A DNA stretch of 64,000 bases, from NCBI RefSeq assembly GCF_009914755.1, contig NC_060929.1. The stretch is one strand, 5' to 3'. Positions 13,089 to 27,222 of the stretch are shown here, piece by piece; position 1 is the stretch's first letter, and every line of letters begins with the position of its first letter. The DNA is from the human T2T-CHM13v2.0 reference genome, Homo sapiens. The notes beneath the pieces are model-generated. The model saw nothing but the letters and a program-made list of their open reading frames with translations. It did not search any database and had not been told where the DNA came from. The position numbers were made by a program, and so were the translations under genes.

Positions 13089-13107
13089 GATGTGCTTTTA
13101 CTAAACT

Positions 13108-13300
13108 TTGTTTATTCTGCTCTTCTGCACAGCTGATCTGAGCACAGTGGTTTTGGCACCCAATGAGTAGAAACTTTGCTCAACTAAAATTTTTCAGTGA
13201 GAATCGTGTGAGCTGACCCAGTTGAGATGTCTTTGGTGTTGGGCATTGTTTGTGCTATTCATCGTTGTTCCTTTTCAGTTAGGGCTCAAACAAGATGAAT
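13108..13300 (+). repeat. Ectopic 193-bp copy of 15076-15268 (HSMAR2 internal sequence)
   Basis: 190/193 identical by manual comparison. Confidence 0.96.
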
Positions 13301-13922
13301 CCCTGTGGTAATGCCAACTACCTTCAGCAAGGCACCTTGTAGGAAACAGATGCATAAACTTCATTATCAGATTTAGTGTCATGATGTCATCTGCTACAGC
13401 TATCTACTGCATCCCACAGTGTTTTCTCTGTAGGATCTAGAGGAGACCTTTCTCTGATCTCTCGGTGTCATGAAAAGCTCTGCATGCCCTGAACAAATGG
13501 GACCTTTTAATCCCACTGTGGATTATGTCTCCTGCTTTGGCCGCCGGGAGGGCTGAGTCCAATGTTGAATATCTACTCTATCAGTTTCCTAGAGCTGCCA
13601 CAACAAAGTATCACAAACAGATTGGCTTAAAACAACAGGTGTTTATTCTTCCATAGTCCTGGAGGTTTGGTTAGAAGTCAAAATTAAGGTGTCAGCTGGG
13701 CTATGTTACCTTCGGAACCTGTAGGGAAGAATATGAGGGGACTTCAAAAAGGTTGTGGAAAAATGGAATTAAAAGATAAAAATGAGAAATATACATTTTA
13801 TTTCTCAACATAAACTCCATTAAGTTCAAGACACTTTTCTAAGTGATGACACCAGCCATCTAGTCCATTCCCAGCATCCTGGGAATTTAGCCATGTCAAT
13901 GCAGTCTTTCTTACATCATTAA

Positions 13923-14243
<321 letters not shown>

Positions 14244-14253
14244 TAAATATTAG

Positions 14254-14634
14254 TGTCTTAGTCCATTTTGCATTGCTATCTGAAAGGAGGTTTATTTGAC
14301 TCTCAGTTCTGCAGGCTGTACAAGTAGCATGGTGTCAGCATCTGCTTCTGGTGAGGACCTCAGGAAGCTTCCACTTATGATAAAAGGGGAAGGGGAGCAG
14401 ACATCATAGCAAGAGGAGAGGAAAGAGAGAGTAGAGGGAGGCACCAGACTCTTTTTAACAACCAGATCTGGAGGGAAGTAAGAGTGAGAACTCATACCCC
14501 CCAGGTAGGGCTTTAATCTATTTTTGAGGGATCTGCCCCCATGACTCACATACCTCCCATTATGCCCCACCTGCAACATTGGGAATCAAACTTCAGCGTG
14601 AGACTTGGAGGGGACAGATATTCAAACTATATCA
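14254..14634 (-). mobile_element. MSTA/B solo LTR inserted in HSMAR2
   Basis: TGTCTTAGTCC...AAACTATATCA with TSD ATTAG. Confidence 0.88.
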
Positions 14635-15630
14635 ATTAGAAAAAAAAGAAGTCAGACAGAGCCACGTCAGCTCTGTAAGGTAGATGCCTAAAGATTTTCT
14701 ATGAAACTCTCAAAAAATTGCCCTTGTTTGATGAGAGGAATGAGCAGGAGCATTATTGTGGTAGAGAAATACTCTCTCTGGTGAAGCTTTCCCAGATGTT
14801 TTTTTTTGCTAAAGCTTTGGTTAACTTTCTCAAGACACTCTCATAATAAGCAGATGTCATCGTTGTTTGGCCCCTCAGAAAGTCAACAGGTGAAATGCCT
14901 TGAGCATCCCCAAAAATTGTTGCCAGGAACTTTGGTCTTGACTGGTCTGCTTTTGCTTTGCCTGTGTAACTTTCTTCTCTTGTTAGCCATTGTTCCGATT
15001 GTGCTTTGTCCTCAGGATCATCCTGGTAAAGCCATGTTTCATCTCCTGTTCCAATTCTTCAAAGAAATGATCCCATTGTTTATTCTGCTCTTCTGCACAG
15101 CTGATCTGAGCACAGTGGTTTCGGCACCCATTGAGTAGAAACTTTGCTCAACTAAAATTTTTCAGTGAGAATCGTGTGAGCTGACCCAGTTGAGATGTCT
15201 TTGGTGTTGGGCATTGTTTGTGCTATTCATCATTGTTCCTTTTCAGTTAGGGCTCAAACAAGATGAATTTTTTGCTTGCAAATCGACATAGATGGCCTAC
15301 CGTGATGGGCTTCATCTTCAACATTGTCTCATCCCTTCTTACACTTATCCATTTGTAAACATCTAATTTCTTTGGGGCATTGTCCCCATAAACTTTCTGT
15401 AAAGTATCGATGATTTTACCATTCTTCTCCCCAAGCTTCACCACAAATTTGAGGTTGATTCTTGCTTTAGCCGACTTCATATTGCTCTGATATGGACTCT
15501 TTTCAAACTGAAGTCTTATCCTTCTTCATGCCTCAAACTAGACCCTATTCAGACATGTTATACAAGTTAGTACCAGCTTATTGGTGTGGAAAAGCATTGA
15601 AATCCTTGCATAATTTTTTCATGATACACA

Positions 15631-15918
15631 TTTTTTTTTGAGATGGAGTCTCACTGTGTTGCGCAGGCTGGAGTGTGGTGGTGTGATCTCTGCTCACTGC
15701 AGCCTCAGCCTCCAGGTTCCAGCAATTCTCCCACCTCAGACTCCCCAGTAGCTGGGACTACAGGCGCACGCTACCACACCCAGCGAATTTTTGTATTTTT
15801 ATTAGAGACAGGGTTTTGCTTTGTTGGCAGGCTGGTCTTGAACTTCTGACCTCAAGTGATCTGCCTGCCTCAGCCTCCCAAAGTGTTGGGATTACAGGCA
15901 TGAGCCACCGCGCTGAGC
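15631..15918 (-). mobile_element. AluS/J inserted in HSMAR2
   Basis: Alu with TSD ATGATACACATT. Confidence 0.92.
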
Positions 15919-15998
15919 ATGATACACATTATTGATGAACTTTTTTGAAGTACCCTTTGTACTTCCTTACCATTCCCTAGCTTCTGGTGGTGGTTGGC

Positions 15999-16336
15999 TG
16001 TCTTAGTCCATTTCATGCCTACTATAACAGAACACCTGAGACTGGGTAATTTATAATGAACGGGCATTTATTAGCTCATAGTTCTGGAGGCTGGTAAGTT
16101 CCCTATCAAGATGCCAGCAATGGGTGAGAGCATTCTGGTTTCATCATCACATGGCAGAAGGCAAGGGGTAGGAGGAGAAACTCCCTTCATCAAGCCCTTT
16201 ATAATTACATTAATCTATTAATGAGGGTAGGGCTCTCATGACTGAAACATTTCCCACTGGGCTCTTCCTCTCAGCACATTGGGGATTATGTTTCAACATG
16301 AGTTTTGGAGGGGACAAAAACATTTAAACCATAGCG
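15999..16336 (-). mobile_element. MST-type MaLR LTR inserted in MLT1
   Basis: TGTCTTAGTCCATTT...AAACCATAGC. Confidence 0.82.
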
Positions 16337-17316
16337 CCAGCAGTACCTCGTGTTCCTCGGTTTGCAGTTGCATCCCTCCAATCGCTGCCTCTGTCACCAC
16401 ATGGCATTGTTCCTGGGTGTCTATGTCCAAATTTCCCCCTTCTTATAAGGATACCGGTTATATTGGATTAGGACCCACCCTAATGGGTGTCTTAACATGA
16501 TTACATCTGCAAACACCTTATTTCCAGGTAAGGTCACACTCACAAGTACCCAGAGTTAGGACTTCAACAGATCTTTTGCAGGGACACAGTTCAACTCAAA
16601 GCACCTACAAGTGTCACATGGTCAACTTCTCTGTGTGCTAATATTACCCTTCTTATTTCATCTTTTATTTTTCTCTATTTTCCTTTTGTCCCTATTACCT
16701 AGATTACTTAGTTTTTCCTTAATTATATACATCTTTGGCTGGATTTGAAAGGAAGAAGACAGAAAGGAAGGGAAGGAAGAAGAGAAGGAGGGAGGAAAAG
16801 AGAGAAGGCGAAGGAGGAAGAAAAGCCTGTCCCCTAAAATTAGACATGAAACCAGGGGAACAGAGTTGCTGGAATGGGGAGCCACGGTGGGAGAGACTGA
16901 CTGGGAAAGTGTTTTTGCTGTGTGCTTCATCAGAACCTCAGAATTACTTTTTTTGAGGGGATGGATGCAGTGGCTAGCAGCTGCTTGAAGCTTAGCTGAT
17001 CTAGGAAAAGTTGGAAGATAGTTTGATGAATTAAGAATTAGGAGAGTAAAGGTATTGTCCAGCTACTTTTATATGATTATTAGTAGACACAATATGGATT
17101 GAAGTTTTGTGGTAATAGGAAGCTTATACAGTGTTGAAGACTCATGTATCCTAGCTGTTGTGGACACAGACCCATAAATCATTGATTTACTGCATGCAAT
17201 TTATTCTGGAGGACAGTATCTCATGTTTGCAGGGTATCATCCTCCAAATATCACTTTAGCTGAAACTTTAATAGGCTATTCCAATTGTCTATCAGACTAG
17301 CTGTTTGTGGAGATTT

Positions 17317-17620
17317 TATATATCTATATATATATATCTATATATATATATCTATATATATATATCTATATATATATATCTATATATATATCTATATATA
17401 TATATCTATATATATATATCTATATATATATATCTATATATATATATCTATATATATATATCTATATATATATATCTATATATATATATCTATATATATA
17501 TATCTATATATATATATCTATATATATATATCTATATATATATATCTATATATATATATCTATATATATATATCTATATATATATCTATATATATATATC
17601 TATATATATATATCTATCTA

Positions 17621-17660
<40 letters not shown>

Positions 17661-17664
17661 CATA
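17317..17664. repeat. Interrupted (TA)n microsatellite, units TC(TA)5-6
   Basis: About 345 bp of TATATATATC-type repeats ending in a pure (TA)n run. Confidence 0.98.
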
Positions 17665-18204
17665 TGACCAGCTAAAGCTACTGTATAAACCAACATTTCC
17701 CTTTCCACCTGTTCCTCATCTTAACCCATCACAGGTAAGAGTCTTAATCCTAATACTACAGCACACCAAGGGTTACCATCAACCCACTTACCACTAGAAA
17801 TGAGGTCCTTGTTACTATTTGGTGGGTGAATGATCCCGTACCGGAATTCTATCCTGAGGTTTGTAGGTTCAGACCTACAAGTAGCTACAGGTAGCTTCTA
17901 TTTTCTAGGGCCACTCTCTACATGCTTTCTTAGTTTGGATTTCCCTAAATGCAATGGCTAAGACAAGGCCTAGGATGCAGATAATTTGAGGGCCGACTGC
18001 AGGAAGCAGGTCTAAGGGAGCAAGGAGAGTAATGGAAGAAACGTATGTCAAAATAAAGAGGCTTTGCTTTTCTAACTATAAATGATTGTGTGTCTTTCAA
18101 ATAATGTCTTCATTTTATACTGATGATGATTGTAACAAAACCCATTCCCACATGGTGAATTGTTTTTAATGTTCACCTTTAGGCTTTTTCAGACCCACCT
18201 TCCT

Positions 18205-18520
18205 CTTTTTTTTTTTAAAAAAAAAAAAGAAAGTCTTGTTCTGTCACCCAGACTGGGATGCAGTGTCATAATCATGGCTCACTTCAGCCTCAAACTCCTG
18301 CGTGCCAGTGATTCTCCCACCTCAGCCTCCCAAGCAGCTGGGACTTCAGGCACATGCCACTATACCCACCTAATTTATCTATCTTTTGTTTTTTTGAAGG
18401 TAGAGACAGGGTCTCACTATGTTTCCCAGGCTGGTCTCAAACTCCTGGTGTCAAGTGATCCTTCCACCTCAGCCTCCCAAAATGCTGGGATTAAAGGTGT
18501 GAACCACTGTGCTGGGCCAC
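18205..18520 (-). mobile_element. AluJ SINE
   Basis: Diverged Alu. Confidence 0.88.
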
Positions 18521-18546
18521 TTCTACCCCATTGTTTAACTTAACAT

Positions 18547-18960
18547 TGTCTTAATCTGTTTTGTGCTGCTATAACAGAACACCAGAGACTGGGTAATTAA
18601 TAAAAAGAAGAAATTGATCTGGCCTACAGTTCTGGAGCCTTGGAAGTCCGAGATCAAGGAGCTGCATCTGGTGAGAGCCTTTTTGCATTATCCCATGGCA
18701 GAGGCAGAAGGGCAAGAAAGAATGAGAGAGGGAGAGGGAGAGGGGGAGAGAGAGACAGAAAGAGAGAGAGTGAGAAAGAGAGAGAGATACAGTGAGGGAG
18801 AGTGCACTAAATTTGCTTTTAGGGCAAACCCACTCCCACAATTAATCCATTCAAGAAGAGTCTGCAGTCACCTCTTAAAGGTCTCACCTGTCAACACTGT
18901 TGCACTGGGGAATTAAGTTTCTAACACATAAATTTTGGGGACACATTCAAACCATAGCCA
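18547..18960 (-). mobile_element. MST-type MaLR LTR with internal (GA)n
   Basis: TGTCTTAATCTG...GGGGACACATTCAAACCATAGC. Confidence 0.82.
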
Positions 18961-19524
18961 TCATCTTCTGCCATTTATTATTAGAAAAACATTAATGTAT
19001 ACTTTATGTTTATTTTGTTGGTTGGCTTTTGGCTTGGATACTTATGAAATTTTTAAAACTTATCTTTGAGACTGGAAATTTTTACTGTAATTATATATGT
19101 GAAGTCTCTTTTTGCTTGAAACATAGTGCGCTAAGCTTGGAGTTTATCCTGAGGTAGTTTTAGGCAAGAGAGTTACATGGTGAGAACTATGTTTTAAATA
19201 TACCACCTCAGGCAAGTATGAGGGATGTGTTTGGAAAAAGTACAGACTAGAGCTGAGTAGACCAGTTGGACTGTTGGAATACTGTAGGCCAGAACTGAGA
19301 TATTTTTAAGATTCAGCCTGTTCAATATGTAGCAGGAAGTAATAAACAAGAGAATAGATGGGAGATGGAGTTGGTAAGAAGTAACTCCAATGTGGTCTGC
19401 GGTTCCCATGTCTCACTGCTGTGTGTTACTGGCCTCAGTGTACTTGAGGAACCTGAGCTGCTGTGCAGAGGACAGCATTGCTGGGGCATGCGACTCTAGG
19501 GAGTAGTGCTCCCCAGGGTGACCT

Positions 19525-19834
19525 TTTCTTTTCTTTTTTTTTTTTTCTTTGTGAGACGGAGTCTTACTCTGTCACCCAGGCTGGAGTGCAGTGGTGCGAT
19601 CTCAACTCACTGCAACCTCCGCCTCCCAGGTTCAAGCGATTCCTGTCTCAGCCTCCCGAGTAGCTGGGACTATAGGTGCACGTCACCACACCCAGCTAAT
19701 TTTTGTATTTTTAGTAGAAACAGGGTTTCACCATATTGGTCAGGCTGGTCTTGAACTCCTGACCTCTGGTGATCCACCTGCCTCAGCCTCCCAAAGTGCG
19801 GGGATTACAGGCGTGAACCACAACGCCCGGCCCG
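19525..19834 (-). mobile_element. AluSx SINE
   Basis: Full Alu with TSD GGGTGACCTTTTCT. Confidence 0.95.
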
Positions 19835-20878
19835 GGGTGACCTTTTCTATGTCACTGGAATGAGAGGAAAATACTGGTTGCAGAAAGAAATGGCTCTTTT
19901 CCTATGGAAATCATCAGCAAGGCATTTGATACTGATTTCTATTTCTCAGAACTGTTAGGAAGAACTGGTACAGAGATTTATCCCAGAATTTCAACTCCTT
20001 TTCAGGATTCATTACTCTACCACCCTGTATTGTTTTGTTGTGGTTTATGTACATCTATTCACCATAAACTACTACTACTACTGCCTAAGAATGGAGGAGG
20101 CTGGCAGGGGATCCAGGCAGGACTCACTCACTGCCATCTCACGTTTTTCCTCTCCTAGGGTTCTAGGATGCCTCATAAAGGCCCGTAGTGTACTTTCTGT
20201 CTACTTCACTTAGCTCCGCATTTGCAATTTCTGTTAACATGCATACAGTTGAATGGATGGCCAGGATCAAAGCTATCTGCTGTGAGACACAATGAGAAAT
20301 GCTTTTGTGTAAAGGTAGGAGTACTTTTATTTACTGCTACATCATACAGGGAAGGTGGGGAGGAAATAAAAAGAAAGAAAGGAAAGAAAAGGCAAACCAA
20401 TATGACCAACAGTGGTACAGGCCTTCTTGTTCTTACCTCTCTATCAGGGTCCCTAAATGAGGCTTATACTTGGAAAAGCAAAAGACAGATCCGGTGGGAG
20501 GGGATATGGAAAAGACCTGGGAGGCAACCCTTGTACAGAGAGCCTTGTCTCCAGGGAGCACTGCTCCACTGGTGCACTTGTTCAAAGAGCTGGCAGGCTG
20601 GGGGCCGGGCTCCCTCCTGCTTGTTTAAAGGGTGGTATGACTGGTTAGAGTGGACATCTGGAGGCTTATCCCACCGTGATTTCAGGGGTCTCACTCTCCA
20701 AGTATAGTCAGGGTTGATGTGACCTGACCCTGGTGTTCAGACATCCACACAAGTTTCAGAAGTGTTTACAAACTTTTTGCCAAAGGAAAAATAAACTTGC
20801 ACAGGAGAGCTGGTTTAGCTGTTTTCTGAGACAATTATAAAAAACAGTAGTAAGCCCCAACTCCCAATCATCTAAAAA

Positions 20879-21245
<367 letters not shown>

Positions 21246-21711
21246 TGAGTATGTGTGGCTTGGAGGCACAAGCAGATCTAGGGTATATCGCTCTGTCCTC
21301 AGAGAAACTATCAGCATGCTGTTGCTTTTGGTGTTGGCTGGCACTACTCAGGATGATCCAGCTTGCCTGCTTGGATTTATGATTCAGTTCATCCAAAATC
21401 CTCCTCTCTGCCCAACCAAACCTCCTACTCATTCACTGAGTCATCACCCTTATGAAAACTACTTAGATTGCACTATGTTAGAAGGATCTCTCCCTCACCT
21501 AAGTTTCTCTTGTCCTCCAAGCTAGTATCGTGCATCTGACACGTTGTTTCTTAGAAGCTAGCCTGCTTTCACAGCTCAACTAGAATGATCTCGGTGGCAG
21601 GAATGAGAGCTCATACATTTCGCCCATAAAGCCTAGCACAATGCTGGGCAAAGTATTCAGTGAATACTTGGAGTGATTGAAAACTTGCCACTAAAAACAT
21701 ATACTGTGTAG

Positions 21712-21983
21712 GTACTTACATGAGGTGCTTAGGGTAGTCAAATTTATAGAAATAAAAAGCAGAATGGTAGCTGCCAGAGGCTGCGGGGTGGGGGAGAGAT
21801 GGGGAGTCATTGTTTAAGAGGTACAGACTTTCTGTTTGTGAAGATGAAAATGTTCTGGAGATGCATGGTGGTGATGGTTGCACAACAATATGAACGTACT
21901 TAATGCCACCAAATTGTCCACCTAAAAAGGTAAATTTTATTTTATGTGTATTTTGCCACAATAAAGTTTAAATTTTTAAAAAG
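21712..21983 (+). mobile_element. L1MB 3' end
   Basis: GTAGTCAAATTTATAGAAA...GAAGATGAAAATGTTCTGGAGATG...TTTTGCCACAATAAA. Confidence 0.85.
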
Positions 21984-24246
21984 CCTATACTGTAGAAATT
22001 TGAGGCTCTTCCCTAAGTCCACCCTCAGCTGCCCTCCCTGGTGCCCATGTGCAGAATCCATATCGTGTGCGAGTGAAATGTCCAGTTGGATGGCCGTGCT
22101 GGCCAGGCCCCAGATACTGGGCTCAGCTTCCCACTTGGCAGCTCCATTTTTGTTTTGAAAATGGGGTCATTTGCACCAGGCTTTTAGTTTAGATTTTTTT
22201 TTGTAGTTCCTGTCTGCACAAGAATTGTTAGGAAAGAGTCCAGATCTAGAGCAAGCAAGGTTATAGTTTCCCTAGGGTAATGGAGAAAAGCTTAGTGATG
22301 GTGAGATTTCTTGACATCTCACAGCCTCCAATTTAGTTTGGTTTTGTTTTTCATCTGTAAAATGAAGATTTCAATAGTCCCTACCTCCTTAGGTTGTTGT
22401 GGGGATTAAATGAAGTGAGTTGCATCAAATACCTTGCAGAGTACCTGAGGCAGGGCAGGAGCTAGGAAGCGTTGTTCATTATTTATCAATGGCAGCTGAG
22501 AATTCTTGGATTCTGTGACTCCAGCTTGGGTTCCAGAAGGACAGAAGCAGCCCACAGGGCTCCTGACACAGTGCCTTGTCTATGACGTGTGATCCTATGT
22601 GTAACAAAACCCTTGGGAGGCACCAGGTTGGTGGCTGGGGAAACAATCTGGTCTGGAGAGTCAGGGGTTTTTTGGTCAGACTTTCCCCACTCAGCCAGAA
22701 ACCCAGCTGCCAGCCACGCCCAGGCTCCTGTGTTCCCTGCGGTGCTCTCTTTCTTTAGTTCACATTAGAAAAATCTTGAGAAAGGACTTGAAGAGACCCG
22801 CTTGGCTGGCTTTCTCACCTGCGTGGCCAAGATGCCAGCACTCACTTGACCACGTGGTCAGAGTAGGTCGGGCAGCTTTCCATGTGAAAAGGAGTGGTGG
22901 GCAAGGAAAAATGAAGCATCCACCCCTCACTGAACTGCATGCCCTGGCCAAGCCAGAGAAAAGGCAGCCATGGCCCCACCGCCATCTTGCTCTTCAGTGA
23001 CGAATGCCCTATGCACCATGATATCTGTTTGCAAACAAAAGATGCCTTATGTTCCTTCTTTTGAAAGGGAGTCAAGCACATTGATCTTAAGGCTTTCCAA
23101 GTTAGCATCTAAAATTATTTGACCTTGGTTTAATAGGGAGAAATTGATCAGGTTGTGGAAATGAAAAATGAAAACGCTTAATGGAAAATACTTGAAATAA
23201 ATTCAAGGCCATATTAACATTTAATTTACACTTCCTCCCAGAAGCTATTTTTACTTTCCTATTTACTAGTATGATATGCAGTAGTTATTTTTCTCCGTGA
23301 CTCAACACGATGGGATATTTTTTTCCTTTCTGCAAATACCTCTCAATTCGGATATGACACAGAGTTCCCATTTTCCCCATAAATTACATATTTATAGCAC
23401 ACGGGAATAGCAGGAATGCTGTATGTCTCTTAAAAGTACTTCTGTATTTGAATTATAGAGAAAATGACTTGATGGGAGTCTGAACTTTGGGCACTCTTGA
23501 TGTAGCTGGAGCAGAGAGGGGAACAGAACTCTGTGTTCCAGGCCCAGGCACTGTCTGTTCTGAACATGAGCCTGCCACTGCCAACTGTGTGCATGTGGGG
23601 AAGGGTGATGAGGGAAGGATGGGCATGAGCAACCAGGATCAAAGGTCATGTGGTGGTGAGAACATAGCTTGGACATCCTGCATCTTGGATTCTGTTCTGC
23701 TGTGTACTAGCTCTGAAAGCTTGAGACAGCTTCTTAGCCTTTCTGGTCCTTTTGCTTTTTCCTCTGTAAGCTGGCATAACAGAAGGAGTTACACTTAGAG
23801 TTATGATAAAGATTTGAATAAGGTAATGCATGGAAAGCTTCCACACTAGTGTTTTCATTGAGAGAGTCATCAATAAAAAAAATAAATGCTTGTCATTCTA
23901 GAGAGTTCTAAAGCAAGACAAGTGTCTTCTGTTCCTTGCACCCTTCTTCCCCTTCCCTTTGGAAGCCTGGTGGCTGAGGACAGCTAAGTTCTTTACTTGG
24001 GAGGAAGTACCCTTCCTTCCCCACAGAAAGCTAAGTGGGATCCAAGAGTCAAGGGAGCATAGAGCAGGCCCCTTTAGCCTACCTGTATCCCAGGCTTCCC
24101 GTAGAGGTTTATGTGGGGCCTATCGCTCTTCCACACAGTAAGGAACCACGTGAAGGCTTGGGAGCTGAAGTACATGTTTGCCGGGAGGGAGCTCAGTATA
24201 GTAGATGTTCCCTTTATAACCCTGCACCCAGTGTGACAATGGGCAG

Positions 24247-24647
24247 TGCTATGGTTTGAATGTTTGCGTCTATTCAAAATTCATACTGAAACTAAATCCT
24301 CAATGCAATAATAGTATTAAGAGGTGGGACTTTTAGGAGGTGATTAAGTCATAAGGCTCCTTCCTCGTGAATGGGATTAAGGCCTTTATAAAAGAGGCTT
24401 CTCGGGGTCTTCATCTTTTTTTCCCCTTCTGCCTTCTGCCATGTGAGGACTCAATGATCACCCGCTCCAGAGGATGCAGCAAAAAGGTGCCATCTTGGAA
24501 GCAGAGACCAGCTCTCACCAGACGCTGAATCTGCTGGCTCCCTGATCTTGGACTTCCCAGGGTCCAGAACTCTGAGAAATAAATTTCTATTGTTTATAAT
24601 GTACTCAGTCTGTGGTATTTTGTTATAGCAGCAGGAATGGACTGAGA
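24247..24647 (+). mobile_element. MLT1A/MST-type MaLR LTR
   Basis: TGCTATGGTTTGAATG...AATAAATTTCTATTG...TTTGTTATAGCAGCA. Confidence 0.85.
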
Positions 24648-25155
24648 GAAAAGCAGCTAGTTGAGGATTTGAGAATTTGGGTGTTTTTTTGGTTTTTGGT
24701 TTTGGTTTGAGTGAATCTTTTTGCAAAACATTTTAGACATTTTATGTACAATAAAATGCTTCCATTTTAAATATGCATTTGAGTAGGCTTTAGAAATGTA
24801 TACAACCATGTAAACACCTTAATCAAGACACAGAATGTTTTCATAACCCTCAAAAGTTCCCTTGTATCCAGTTGCAGTAAATCTCCCCTTCTCCCCACCC
24901 CCAGGTGACTCCTAATCTGCTTTCTATCAGTTTAGAAAAGTTTGCATTTTCTAGAATTTTGTATAGAGGGAATGAGTCAGACTTTCATGTATCATAATGC
25001 TTTTGAGATTCACCCATATTGTTGCATGTATCAGTGGATTCTTCCTTTTCCTTGCTAAGTTTCATTCTGTTATATAGATATACTGCAATTTATTGATCAA
25101 TTCTCTGTTAATGGACATTTGGATTGTTTCTAGTTTTGGTGTATTTTGTATAAAC

Positions 25156-25510
25156 CGACAGTTCCTGACTTATGATGGTTCAACTTTAACATAATGCGAA
25201 AACAATACACATTCAGTAGAATTCATACTTCAAGTACCCATACAACCATTCTGTTTTTCACTTTCAGTACATTGCTTAATAAATTATGTGAGATATTCAA
25301 CACTTTATTATAAAATAGGCTTGTGTTAGATGATTTTGCCTCGCCATAAGCTAATTTAAATGTTCTGAGCACATTTAATGTAGGTTAAGGTAAGCTATGA
25401 TGTCTGGTAGGTTAGGTATAGTAAATGCACTTTTGATTTATGATATTTTCAACTTACGATGGCTTTATTGGGACATAACTCCATTGTAAGTAAGCCAAGG
25501 AGCATCTGTA
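25156..25510. mobile_element. MER47A-like TcMar-Tigger MITE
   Basis: CCTGACTTATGATGG...GTAAG..GGAGCATCTG-TA ends, internal ACAACCATTCTGTTTTTCACTTTCAGTAC. Confidence 0.8.
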
Positions 25511-26796
25511 TATTAAAAAGCTGCTATGAACATCTGTATACAAGTCTTTTTGTAAATGCATGTTCTGATTTCTTTCAGATAAATACCTGGAGTGGGATTG
25601 CTAGATCACATGGTAAATATGTATTTAAATTTATGAGAAACTGCCAAAGTATTTTCCAAAGTAATAGTAACATTTTACACTCCTACCAGGACTGTCTGAG
25701 AGTTCCAGGTGCTCCACATCCTTACTGACACTTAGTATTGCCTGTCTCTTTAATTTTGGTTGTTCTAGTGGGTGTGAAATGGTATCTTGGTTTAGTTTTA
25801 ATGTGCATTTTCCTAATGCCTAATGGAATTTTCCTTCACCTAATGGCTAATGAGGTTGGGGTCTTTCCATGTGCTTATTAGTCATTCATATACCTCCTTT
25901 AGCAAAGGGTCTTTTCAATTATCTTGCTTATATTTAATTGGTCTGCCTTCACAGTTGAGTTGTATTAGTTCTTTATATATTCAACGTACAAGTCCTTTGT
26001 TAGATATATGTTTGCAAATATTTTTTTCCCATTCTGTGGTTTCTCTTTCATCTTCCTAATGGTGTTTTTCAATGAGCAAAAATTAATTTTATAAAAGCTT
26101 AGTTTACCAATTATGTTTTTAATAGTTTGTTGGTCTTATGCTCTATTCAATAAATATTTGCCTACACTAAAGTTGCCAAGATTTTCTCCTAGGTTTTCTT
26201 CTAGGAGTTTTATAGTTTTTACTTTTACATGTTGTCTATTATATAATTTGAGTTAATTGTTGAGTATGGTGTGAGGCAAGGGCCAATACTTATATCTTTT
26301 GCAATGAATGTCCTAGCACCATTTGCCGAAGCACCCCTTTTCCCCCATTGAAATGGCTTGGCACAAAAATCACTTGACCATACATGTTTGGGTCTATTTC
26401 TGGACTGTCTCTGCCACATTGATCGCATATCTATGTTTTTGCCATTATCAGATCTTGATTGCTATAGTTTTATAGAAAGTATTAAAATTGCTTTGGTTAT
26501 CTAAATCATTTTAATTTCTATATAGAGTTTAGAATCAGCTTGTCAAGTTTTTTAAAAAAATCTGCTGGATTTTTGACAGGGATTATGTTCAATCTGTGAG
26601 CCAATTTGGGGAGAATCTCCATCTTAACAATACTGAATCTTCAGATCCATGAATATGATTTGTACCTCCATTTATTTAGGTCTTATTTAATTTTTAGCAA
26701 TGTTTTATAGTTTTCAGTGTACAGATCTTACATAAACTTTGTTACATTTACCCCAAACTATGTCATATTTTTTGACGGCATTGTAAATGAAATTGT

Positions 26797-27222
26797 ATTT
26801 TTTATTTTATTTTATTATTTATTTATTTATTTTAATTATTATACTTTAAGTTCTAGGGTACATGTGCACAACGTGCAGGTTTGTTACATATGTATACATG
26901 TGCCATGTTGGTGTGCTGCACCCATTAACTCGTCATTTACATTAGGTATATCTCCTAATGCTATCCCACCCCTCTCCCCCTACCCTACGACAGGCCCCAG
27001 TGTGTGATATTCCCCTTCCTGTGTCCAAGTGTTCTCATTGTTCAGTTCCTACCTATGAGTAAGAACATGCAGTGTTTGGTTTTCTGTCCTTGCGATAGTT
27101 TGCTGAGAATGATGGTTTCCAGCTTCATCCATGTCCCTACAAAGGACACGAACTCATCCTTTTTTATGGCTGCATAGTATTCCTTGGTGTGTATGTGCCA
27201 CATTTTCTTAATCCAGTCTATC
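26797..27222 (-). mobile_element. L1PA 3' end nested in old L1
   Basis: TTATACTTTAAGTTCTAGGGTACATGTGCACAACGTGCAGG... antisense L1PA 3'UTR. Confidence 0.95.

Noticed and set aside
15247-15480. Functional or domesticated mariner transposase
   Set aside because: Frameshifted and interrupted by Alu and LTR insertions
17190-17225. Short match (TGGAGGACAGT) to 42601-42611
   Set aside because: Probably both ERVL-internal remnants or chance; too short
17285-17797. Three long I/Y/S-rich ORFs
   Set aside because: Translations of the (TA)n/TC microsatellite, which lacks stop codons
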